From an uncultured Pirellulales bacterium (lineage in GTDB: Bacteria > Planctomycetota > Phycisphaerae > Sedimentisphaerales > Anaerobacaceae): DNA of 37,756 nt. Shown here piece by piece: positions 9,538 to 17,685 of the stretch (its first letter is position 1; every line of letters starts with the position of its first letter). The stretch is taken from positions 1 to 37,756 of the forward strand of contig CAZMWN010000002.1 of assembly GCA_964569935.1 (NCBI GenBank), read 5' to 3'. The translations under genes and the position numbers were made by a program. Below the pieces are notes generated by a model, which saw only the letters and a list, made by a program, of their open reading frames with translations, was not told where the DNA came from and did no database searches.

Positions 9538-12500
9538 ATGAAGAAGAAAATAATCGTTATTATAATTATTCTTATTTTTGTGGCGTCCGTTTACGCCGCC
9601 GAAGTCAAGTGGTCGGCAATGGCAACCAAAAGCAATGCTTCTTCGGACGATTTGACGTTGATAGTCGATGACCCCGGCGGGACGCCTACATCTTATGCAA
9701 TAACAAGAGATAATTTTATTAAAAGCTGGACAGGTGACGTAAATATAGCCACGGTTGGTACGATAGGCACGGGAACGTGGAATGGAACGGCAATCGACAT
9801 TTCCGATTATACGAACCTTGCTGTTGTCGATTTACTTTCATTATCAGACGATACTATCGATGCGAATACGGCGGCAATAGTAGAAGACGACGCCAAGCAT
9901 CTGGCTACTAATGAACAAATTTACGACTTCGTGATTGGATTAGGTTATATCACCGCCGACCCCAATACTCACGACGCCGTAACCTACGATACGAACATGG
10001 CAATAATCTTCAGTCTTACCAATCAGGTTATTGAAGTTAATATAGCGACCCCTACAAACGGAAGGGACGATGCCTTATCGACTTCGGATGACATTTACGA
10101 CTGGGGAGTAGCGGCATTTCAGGTTTTGGACGCGAATTTGACTGCTATTGCGGCGATTACTTATGGTTCAAAGGGAAATTTGAGAAATACAGGAGAAGGG
10201 GCATGGGACATAGACGCCAACAGCTATTCACTCAGCAATCACGACCATTCAGGAACTTACGAACCGGCGGACGCCAATTTAACTGCTATAGCCGCATTAA
10301 CATACGATTCGACCGGCTTTTTGCGTAACACAGGAGAAGGCACATGGGATATTGACGCCAATAGTTATCAATTGTCCGATGCCAATCTGACAACTCTTTC
10401 CGCTCCAACCGCATGGCGATTATTCTATAGCGATGGTGATTCCATTATTCAACAGCTTGCTCTTGGAACGGACGGTCAATATCTTAAATCCAACGGTGCA
10501 ACTTCCGCCCCGACATTCGATACGCCCGGCGGTTCCGGTGATATGCTCAAATCGACTTACGACGTCGCAGAGGACGGCTATGTCGATGGTAACGACACCG
10601 CATACGATGCTACGAGCTGGAACGGCAATATTAATGCTCCATCGATGAATGCAGTTTATGATTACTTACATCAGATAGATTCCGATGATGATGGTTCCTT
10701 AGTGGATGAAAGCTGGTGGACAACATGGAAGCTGGACGATTGGGCTTCTCCCGATGATAATACCGACCTTAACGTCTCAACTTCCGCTCACGGCTTGATG
10801 GTAAAACTACCGAACGATTCAACAAAAGTATTCGATGGCTCAGGTTCGTGGGTTGATGTGGAGGACTTATCAGATGAGATAGCGGCTGGTATTGCCGAAG
10901 GTGAACTCAACAATTCGATAATTGTTTCCGATGATATTAAGGACGGTGAAGTTGATGTCTCGGATGATACTAACCTGACTGTTGTTGATTTACTTAAATT
11001 AACGGACGATTCGATAGATGCGAATACGGCGGCGGTAGTAGAAGATGACGCTAAACATCTGGCGACTAACGAACAAATTTACGATTGGGGAGTGGCGGCT
11101 TTTCAGCCTCTTGAATCAACGTTGACCGATATAGCTGATGGTACTATAGCAGAAAACTTAGTGAATACAGACAATCCCTGGGCAGACGATGAAGTTGCAG
11201 ACGATATAACGGCGAGCAGTTATCTTGATTTATCGACTTACGACAATGCCGAGGACGGCTTTGTAGATGGTAATGATACTGCCTATAACGCTACGAGCTG
11301 GAACGGCAATATCAATGCACCTTCGATGAACGCCGTAAGAGATAAGATAGAGGCGCTTCCCGGCGGCCACGATGCAGTGACGTTAGATACCAACATGGCG
11401 ACTATTTACACTTTGACTTCACAGGCCATTGAAGTAAATATCGTAAGTCCCACCGACGGCAGGGACGATGCTATCTCGACGTCAGACGATGTTTATGACT
11501 TTGTTATAGGTCTTGGATATATCACGGCTACGTTGACTGAGGAAGAGGTTGAAGACTTCGTCGGTGGGATGTTAGGTGGAACAGAGACCCATATTTCGGT
11601 GACTTATCAGGATGATACCGGAGATATTGACTTTGTAGTTTCTCCTTCATCAGTTGCCGGGGCAATAGGAGCGGGTGAATATGCTGATAACACGATTAAT
11701 AACGCAGACTTAAACTGGTCGGACATTACATATCTTTCGGACACCGGAAAGTTAGTCGTAGGCGACAATGAGAGCACAAACGAAAACAATCTCATCGCTT
11801 TTATTGCCGATGCTAACGGAGCAGGGAACGAGATTTTAGAGACTGACGGGGACTTTCATTATAATCCCTCGACGGGTACGGTAACGGCTACGGAATTTGT
11901 TGGCGGAGGAGCGGGATTGACGGCTGTGGATGCTGCTACCGGCGACTCAGCAACGGATTTCTTCGACGCCGGCGAGATTGCCGATGATCGTATTAGCAAC
12001 ACGCTGACTTCAAGTACATGCACTGGCAATGCAGCTACCGTAACGACTAACGCCAATCTAACAGGTGAAGTAACCTCCGTTGGTAATGCAGCGACAATAG
12101 CCGATAGTGTAACCGTAACGGGATGGGTATTAGGGACGTCTTCAGCGACTCAAATAACTTCTCCTACTCTAATTACCGACCTTATAGATACTACCGGTGC
12201 AGCGGATATGGACTATGGTAGCGGTGATGTTACCGACCATACTTTCATTGCCGATGGCGGAACGGCTGTTATCGACGGCTCCTTCCAGTTCCCGGATGCG
12301 GACGGTTCGCCTTCCGTTGTAGGGGAATTTCAATACGATAATACCGTAACTGGAATAAAAGACGGGACTCTCGTATGGTATGACGATGATGAAGTAAGAT
12401 ATTTAGTCGATGTAAACGTTCTTCCGAGCGACGATGATTTCGTAGTCTCTTACGATGCCGATAATGATATGTTCTATATGAAAACCGACGCCGACTCCGG

Positions 12501-14850
12501 GGGAGCTACGGCGTGGGACGATATTACCAATCCGGACGCCGCCGATACTATCGACTTCGGAGTTCATATTACTCAGCTTGACGTCAACGACTTTAGAATA
12601 GGTGACGTAGGCGCAGGGTATATGAAAATCGCCAAACATGCAGTCTCTTTTGTGGGGACGGGTGATATAGACTTACCGAATGACTCTGTCGATGATGCCG
12701 ATATAAATTGGGGTGACCTTACCGATTTGGCTGCTGGTGGAGTTTTGAGTGGCGATTGTGTCGATGAAAATCATATTGCAGATAACGGTATTGATTCGGA
12801 GCACTATAACGATGATTCAATTGATAATGCTCATATAAACTGGGCTGACATTGATAACTTGGGTGACGAAGGGGCAGTAACTTTGGCGGCAACCGTTACA
12901 GTAGCCGATGATGAGGATACTGATGACGACCAAGAGATAGTATTTACTACCGACAATGCTACATTGGAATCGGATGGTGATTTCCACTATAGCCCCGACA
13001 CCGGGACGGTTACAGCGACGGAATTTTCAGGAGGTGGAGCCAGTCTAACGGCGGTGGATGCGGCTACAGGTGATTCAGCGACGGATTTCTTCGACGCTGG
13101 TGAGATTGCTGATGACCGTATTAGCGATACGCTGACTTCAAGTACATGCACTGGTAACGCAGCTACAGTGACGACAAATGCAAACCTGACAGGCGATGTG
13201 ACCAGTACGGGCAACGCTACAGATATTACAGAGTCTGTTCTTGCCGTTGGTGGAACTGATACTGTTTTCCCGGCAGACCCGGGCGCTGATAAATATTTAA
13301 TGTGGGACGATGACCCAGGTGAACTTGTCTGGAGTGCTGTGGCGGGAGCCGGTGATATGACGAAGGCCGTCTATGATGTGGCAGAAAATAGCTTTGTTGA
13401 CGGCAATGATACGGTTTATTCGAGTGCAATGAACGGCAATATTGACGCCCCATCTTCGAATATTATATATGATTATCTGCATCAGATTGATACTGACGAT
13501 GATGGTGACGCCGACAATATTCAGGATTTATTTATTAAATTAGTAGGCGATACTACCGGAGCGATGAGCGAGGATTTGAATTTAGACGATGGAACTTTTG
13601 TTGTTGATTATGATAGTAACAGAATAGGCATAGGAACTGCTACTCCCAATGACCCATTAACGGTAAAGGCAGATGCAAATAATAATACTATCAGATTGAT
13701 TGAGACGGACGGAGACGAATATGTCGATATAAGGATAGCTGCAAATGGAAATTTCGAGATATACAGGGATGGTGGACAAATAGCTTTTTCGATAGATGAC
13801 TATACCGGTCGAATTGGAATTGGAACTGATACTCCGGACGCACTACTTCACATTCAACAGCCGGACACTACTTATTCGTTTCTAAAACTTAAAACTGATG
13901 CTACTTGGCTTGGTCTTTCTCCTTCTGCCGATGATGGTTTACTATGGGGAACTAATATTGCAGGTGGTGTTTCAAACGGGAATACGATTTTTACTTCCTT
14001 TGATAATCTTAGTTCAGACCACGACCACGAAGCTGTCGAAACCGATCCTGCTATTTATCTTCATTCTGCGACCGACCCGGATACAGCTAATACCGAATGG
14101 GGAAAGTTTATATTCAAAGGAACAGGTGCCGGCGGCGGATATTTAGAAATATCGACAGGTGTAGGAGATATTGCTTTGGCGCCGATAGGCAGTGTTGGTA
14201 TCGGTACTACGAGTCCGGATACCAAACTCCAAGTGGTAGGAGCATTGAAAGTCGGCGATGACAATACGAATTATTTCTCGGCGGGGACTACCGGTGACGT
14301 TTCTTTTACCGGTTCGGCTTCGTTTAGTCCCCCATCCGGAACTGATCCTGATGTCGATGCTTCGGGAGAGATTTCTATTGATACGGATGGAGCGAATGAG
14401 CCTAACGATGTCATTTTAAGAACGGCAGATACGGGCGGTGATACACAGTATGTATTGGCAAGAAGTATAAAAATGTATTCTTTCCACATAGAAAACCCGG
14501 ACGAATTGGAGACAGGTTCGGGTAGAGCGGACAAATGGGTCAAAGTTGGCAGCCCTAAAGGTGTAAGTTTTAAAATAACGAAAATAGAGGCATGGAGCGA
14601 TTCGGATAATTACGATTTTGAGCTTTATGAAACAAATGGAAGAACAGATTTTAGCCAGGCCAACGATTCTCTTATAGACACAATCGAATGTGATGCAAAT
14701 GGTACAGGAATATATACAGACCAGGAGACTTCCGGTTTCGATGATGCAATAATAGATGCGGACGACTGCATATTATTCGTTCATAAAGCTGGTACTACAA
14801 GTAAGGTATCGGTTGATATTTGGGGCTATGAAAATGCGAATGTGGACTGA
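9538..14850 (+). CDS. giant mosaic tail-fibre/adhesin-like protein with signal peptide
   Basis: 1770 aa. N-terminus is MKKKIIVIIIILIFVASVYA/AE. It contains several families of internal repeats. The C-terminal part carries three IGIGT..P...L.V motifs of the kind seen in fibre proteins. Confidence 0.75.
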   Translation: MKKKIIVIIIILIFVASVYAAEVKWSAMATKSNASSDDLTLIVDDPGGTPTSYAITRDNFIKSWTGDVNIATVGTIGTGTWNGTAIDISDYTNLAVVDLLSLSDDTIDANTAAIVEDDAKHLATNEQIYDFVIGLGYITADPNTHDAVTYDTNMAIIFSLTNQVIEVNIATPTNGRDDALSTSDDIYDWGVAAFQVLDANLTAIAAITYGSKGNLRNTGEGAWDIDANSYSLSNHDHSGTYEPADANLTAIAALTYDSTGFLRNTGEGTWDIDANSYQLSDANLTTLSAPTAWRLFYSDGDSIIQQLALGTDGQYLKSNGATSAPTFDTPGGSGDMLKSTYDVAEDGYVDGNDTAYDATSWNGNINAPSMNAVYDYLHQIDSDDDGSLVDESWWTTWKLDDWASPDDNTDLNVSTSAHGLMVKLPNDSTKVFDGSGSWVDVEDLSDEIAAGIAEGELNNSIIVSDDIKDGEVDVSDDTNLTVVDLLKLTDDSIDANTAAVVEDDAKHLATNEQIYDWGVAAFQPLESTLTDIADGTIAENLVNTDNPWADDEVADDITASSYLDLSTYDNAEDGFVDGNDTAYNATSWNGNINAPSMNAVRDKIEALPGGHDAVTLDTNMATIYTLTSQAIEVNIVSPTDGRDDAISTSDDVYDFVIGLGYITATLTEEEVEDFVGGMLGGTETHISVTYQDDTGDIDFVVSPSSVAGAIGAGEYADNTINNADLNWSDITYLSDTGKLVVGDNESTNENNLIAFIADANGAGNEILETDGDFHYNPSTGTVTATEFVGGGAGLTAVDAATGDSATDFFDAGEIADDRISNTLTSSTCTGNAATVTTNANLTGEVTSVGNAATIADSVTVTGWVLGTSSATQITSPTLITDLIDTTGAADMDYGSGDVTDHTFIADGGTAVIDGSFQFPDADGSPSVVGEFQYDNTVTGIKDGTLVWYDDDEVRYLVDVNVLPSDDDFVVSYDADNDMFYMKTDADSGGATAWDDITNPDAADTIDFGVHITQLDVNDFRIGDVGAGYMKIAKHAVSFVGTGDIDLPNDSVDDADINWGDLTDLAAGGVLSGDCVDENHIADNGIDSEHYNDDSIDNAHINWADIDNLGDEGAVTLAATVTVADDEDTDDDQEIVFTTDNATLESDGDFHYSPDTGTVTATEFSGGGASLTAVDAATGDSATDFFDAGEIADDRISDTLTSSTCTGNAATVTTNANLTGDVTSTGNATDITESVLAVGGTDTVFPADPGADKYLMWDDDPGELVWSAVAGAGDMTKAVYDVAENSFVDGNDTVYSSAMNGNIDAPSSNIIYDYLHQIDTDDDGDADNIQDLFIKLVGDTTGAMSEDLNLDDGTFVVDYDSNRIGIGTATPNDPLTVKADANNNTIRLIETDGDEYVDIRIAANGNFEIYRDGGQIAFSIDDYTGRIGIGTDTPDALLHIQQPDTTYSFLKLKTDATWLGLSPSADDGLLWGTNIAGGVSNGNTIFTSFDNLSSDHDHEAVETDPAIYLHSATDPDTANTEWGKFIFKGTGAGGGYLEISTGVGDIALAPIGSVGIGTTSPDTKLQVVGALKVGDDNTNYFSAGTTGDVSFTGSASFSPPSGTDPDVDASGEISIDTDGANEPNDVILRTADTGGDTQYVLARSIKMYSFHIENPDELETGSGRADKWVKVGSPKGVSFKITKIEAWSDSDNYDFELYETNGRTDFSQANDSLIDTIECDANGTGIYTDQETSGFDDAIIDADDCILFVHKAGTTSKVSVDIWGYENANVD
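9814..9927 (+). repeat. intragenic repeat A, copy 1 (NLAVVDLL...NEQIYD)
   Basis: 38 codons. 33 of 38 residues are identical to the copy at 10972-11085 (my count). Confidence 0.8.
10972..11085 (+). repeat. intragenic repeat A, copy 2 (NLTVVDLL...NEQIYD)
   Basis: In-frame copy of 9814-9927, joined to a different downstream module (WGVAAFQ instead of FVIGLGYIT). Confidence 0.8.
11845..12090 (+). repeat. intragenic 246-nt repeat E, copy 1
   Basis: 82 codons (DGDFHYNPSTGTVTATEF...NLTGEVTSVGNA). 75 of 82 residues are identical to the copy at 12973-13218. Confidence 0.85.
12973..13218 (+). repeat. intragenic 246-nt repeat E, copy 2
   Basis: 82 codons. By hand count, 59 of 246 nt differ from copy 1 but only 7 of 82 residues do. 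Confidence 0.85.
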
Positions 14851-14851
14851 T

Positions 14852-15622
14852 ATGAAACGATTGATTTTATCTACTATTTTCATACTATTTTGCACTAATT
14901 TAGTACATGGAGTTGTAGGCTCTCCGATTGCTTTGTGGTCTTTAGAGAGCGGTGCATTTACGGTAGATTCTGAAGGTGGCAATACTTTGACCGAGGGCGA
15001 AGCTCCAGATGCTGAGACCGGGGATTATAAGGAAGGTTCTTCATGTGCCGATTTTACACCCGCAGCCGAAGGCGGTGACAGTCTTTACATAGCGGATGGC
15101 GACCTTGACGCAGACTTCCCGTTGAAAAACGGTGTGGGGACACAGAAGATTACTTTCTGTTGCTGGTGTAAATTTGATACTCTGCCGACCAATGTGAACG
15201 ATTATAGAATCCTTCTCTACAAATTAGATACTCTTCAATTAGCGATACGCAAACATGCTGACACAAATACTTATTTTTGTTTCGATTATTCCACTGACGG
15301 CTCTTCGTGGGAAGGTGTAACCTATCATGCTTCTGCTGTTGCGGTTGACACATGGTATCACTTCGCATTCGGGATGGACAGTGACGGCGACTATAAGATG
15401 AGGATATGGGACGATACCGCTCAAGACAGCTTCGGAGCAGACATCGGAGATACGGCAAGCGCTTTCGTGCCGAGTAACGAGACTTTATATATAAGCTATC
15501 CTTCCACTCAGGGAATGGACGGGTTGATTGATGAAGTGTTGATATATGATGACTACCTTGACGACTCCACGATTGACCAAATACGAGAAGGGAAAAAATC
15601 ACAGGTAATAATAATACAATGA
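14852..15622 (+). CDS. LamG/concanavalin-A-like lectin-fold protein with signal peptide
   Basis: 256 aa from ATG 14852, one nt after the stop of the 1770-aa gene. N-terminus is MKRLILSTIFILFCTNLVHG/VV. The C-terminal motif GMDGLIDEVLIYDDYLDDSTIDQI is typical of LamG_3-type domains. Confidence 0.6.
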   Translation: MKRLILSTIFILFCTNLVHGVVGSPIALWSLESGAFTVDSEGGNTLTEGEAPDAETGDYKEGSSCADFTPAAEGGDSLYIADGDLDADFPLKNGVGTQKITFCCWCKFDTLPTNVNDYRILLYKLDTLQLAIRKHADTNTYFCFDYSTDGSSWEGVTYHASAVAVDTWYHFAFGMDSDGDYKMRIWDDTAQDSFGADIGDTASAFVPSNETLYISYPSTQGMDGLIDEVLIYDDYLDDSTIDQIREGKKSQVIIIQ

Positions 15623-16800
15623 AAAAATTACTATTCATAATTTTATTGTGCGCAACGGCTTACGGAGCTAATGAAGTGCGCTCTTATTATGAAAGTTCTC
15701 TTAATCTGTACTTTTGTGTAAGAAATTCGAGCGGGCAGGTCTGGTATGTTTCAGGCGATACTTTCGAGGACTGGGGGACAGGTGGACGTGACGCAGACGA
15801 TTACGATATTTCCCTTACCGACAAGTCGGGGAGTTTATATCTCGGCGATTTCGATACCGATATAAGCGAAGGATATTATTCGATAGTGATTTACCAGAAA
15901 GCAGGGGCTAATCCGGCGGATACGGACTATGCTTTGATGTATGAAGAAGGATACTGGGACGGCTCGAACTGGCAAACAACTTCAAAGCAGCTTCAAAATA
16001 CTATAACTGATACGAACGAAATTCAAACTGAACTGGCTGACGGCGGAAGGACTGATGTTCTGATAGACGCTGTTAAAGCAAAGACAGACAATCTTCCGTC
16101 AGACCCCGCCGACCAGAGCAAAATAGACGCCAATTTCGCAGCTCTTAACGACCCGAACGTAGAGGAAATAAGGGCAGAAATAGACGCAAATTCGACTCAA
16201 TTAGCGGAAATTCTAACCGATACCGGAACTACAATACCGTCAACTTTAACTACAATGACGGGCTATCTTACGAATATAATGGCCGATAGCAATGAAATTA
16301 TCACGTATGCGGAAAGATGGGATTCTAATTTCACTTCAATTCTTAACGATACGAACGAATTACAGACTGATTGGGCTGACGGAGGGCGGCTCGATACAAT
16401 TCTCGATTCAATTAAGTCGATGACAGACCTTATCGTATTGGTATCGACGGACGTTAAAACGGCGGACGATGTCAATTCATTTACATTGACGGCGGGAGTA
16501 GCTACGGCAGATGCTTATAACGGAATGAACATTGCCATTCAGGACGCCGACGATTCACATTACGAGACGAGAAGAATAAAAGACTGGACGGCGGCAAGAG
16601 TAGTCACAGTCGATAGCGACTTTAGCTTTACACCTGCCGAGAGTGACGTAGTTTACATTTGGGGAATAAGCTACGGAGGACTTCTTGATGCTATTTACGA
16701 ACGTATATCAGTACCAGTCTATCATATTGATACTACGGGGACGTCATCGAGAGGTGCGGGAGGTACGACTTTTTATGACGCTTCAGGAGATGATCCTTGA
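15619..16800 (+). CDS. fibre-like protein with signal peptide and coiled-coil repeats
   Basis: 393 aa with an ATGA overlap. N-terminus is MKKLLFIILLCATAYG/AN. Repeats include TDTNEIQTELADGGRTDVLIDAVKAKTDNL and NDTNELQTDWADGGRLDTILDSIKSMTDLI. Confidence 0.65.
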   Translation: MKKLLFIILLCATAYGANEVRSYYESSLNLYFCVRNSSGQVWYVSGDTFEDWGTGGRDADDYDISLTDKSGSLYLGDFDTDISEGYYSIVIYQKAGANPADTDYALMYEEGYWDGSNWQTTSKQLQNTITDTNEIQTELADGGRTDVLIDAVKAKTDNLPSDPADQSKIDANFAALNDPNVEEIRAEIDANSTQLAEILTDTGTTIPSTLTTMTGYLTNIMADSNEIITYAERWDSNFTSILNDTNELQTDWADGGRLDTILDSIKSMTDLIVLVSTDVKTADDVNSFTLTAGVATADAYNGMNIAIQDADDSHYETRRIKDWTAARVVTVDSDFSFTPAESDVVYIWGISYGGLLDAIYERISVPVYHIDTTGTSSRGAGGTTFYDASGDDP

Positions 16801-16815
16801 AATTAGGAGTTAACA

Positions 16816-17685
16816 ATGGCCGATAATGACGCTAAAACATTTGAAGTGAATCTCGCTATATCCAAGACGAAAGCGGGGATTCAGGATACGGGTGAACTTT
16901 ACTCTTCGGGTATAGATGATAGTGTTTTCGCAGACTTTAATACCGGTGAGAACAATACTATTAAACGTGCTGCTTTGTATTACGAGACGTGCCTTTTGAG
17001 ATGTCTCGATGAGATAAGGCCGGACTTCGCCAAGAGGTTCGCCGATTTAGGTAACAGGATAACAATCAATAAAGAATACGGCGATTGGTCTTGTCTTTTT
17101 GAAAAACCTTCCAACTTTCTTTACTTAATAAGGCAAACGGACGAGAGCAGTAAAAAATTAAATTATGATTGTCAGCCTTTGGATTTCACGAATTACGCCC
17201 ATACGGTGACAGGTTCGGACGATGATGTTTACGTCTGTACGACAGCACATACCTCTGCTGACGATACTGACGACGGTGAGCCGCCTGATGACGATGGAAG
17301 CGGAAATTGGACTCTCGATAGTACGGACGAATACACAGGTGCAGACTGGGAGGAGAGCAAGGCTTATAAAGCTTCACAAAGCGGAATTCTCTTGGCTACA
17401 AATACTTTATCAAATAGCGACGGCGACAGTGCCTATATCGAGTATATTCCTTACGAGCAGGCTGGGATTAACGATGACCCAACGAAATACACCGAGTCTT
17501 TCAAGCATGCTTTTGCTACACTTCTCGCCAGTGAAATTGAGACGGATTTCGAGAGAAGGCAAAAACTTCTTAACGAATATGAACTTATAGCGAAGCCGAA
17601 GGCTAAAGAGACTAAAACCAAAGACGACCACGAAAAGAAAACGACTTTAGTTGTTGATGCAAGGAGCAATCTAAGAGTAGGATGA
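16816..17685 (+). CDS. virion protein in the adaptor / tail-tubular-A position (putative)
   Basis: 289 aa with AGGAG RBS. It directly precedes, and is ATGA-coupled to, the nozzle-like gene. The assignment rests on position only. Confidence 0.4.
   Translation: MADNDAKTFEVNLAISKTKAGIQDTGELYSSGIDDSVFADFNTGENNTIKRAALYYETCLLRCLDEIRPDFAKRFADLGNRITINKEYGDWSCLFEKPSNFLYLIRQTDESSKKLNYDCQPLDFTNYAHTVTGSDDDVYVCTTAHTSADDTDDGEPPDDDGSGNWTLDSTDEYTGADWEESKAYKASQSGILLATNTLSNSDGDSAYIEYIPYEQAGINDDPTKYTESFKHAFATLLASEIETDFERRQKLLNEYELIAKPKAKETKTKDDHEKKTTLVVDARSNLRVG

Noticed and set aside
9800-13520. Repeats as a CRISPR array or a non-coding tandem repeat
   Set aside because: All copies are in frame within one long ORF, they are dispersed, and they are conserved at the protein level. 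There is no spacer-repeat periodicity.
14756-14851. The upstream start of the track ORF 14756-15622
   Set aside because: It would overlap the last 95 nt of the 1770-aa gene. ATG 14852 follows that gene's stop directly and begins a signal peptide.
14852-15622. A diversity-generating retroelement, considered because of the BPP-1-like structural genes and a lectin-fold tip protein
   Set aside because: No reverse transcriptase ORF is in the window (no YxDD-containing ORF). I found no template/variable repeat pair.
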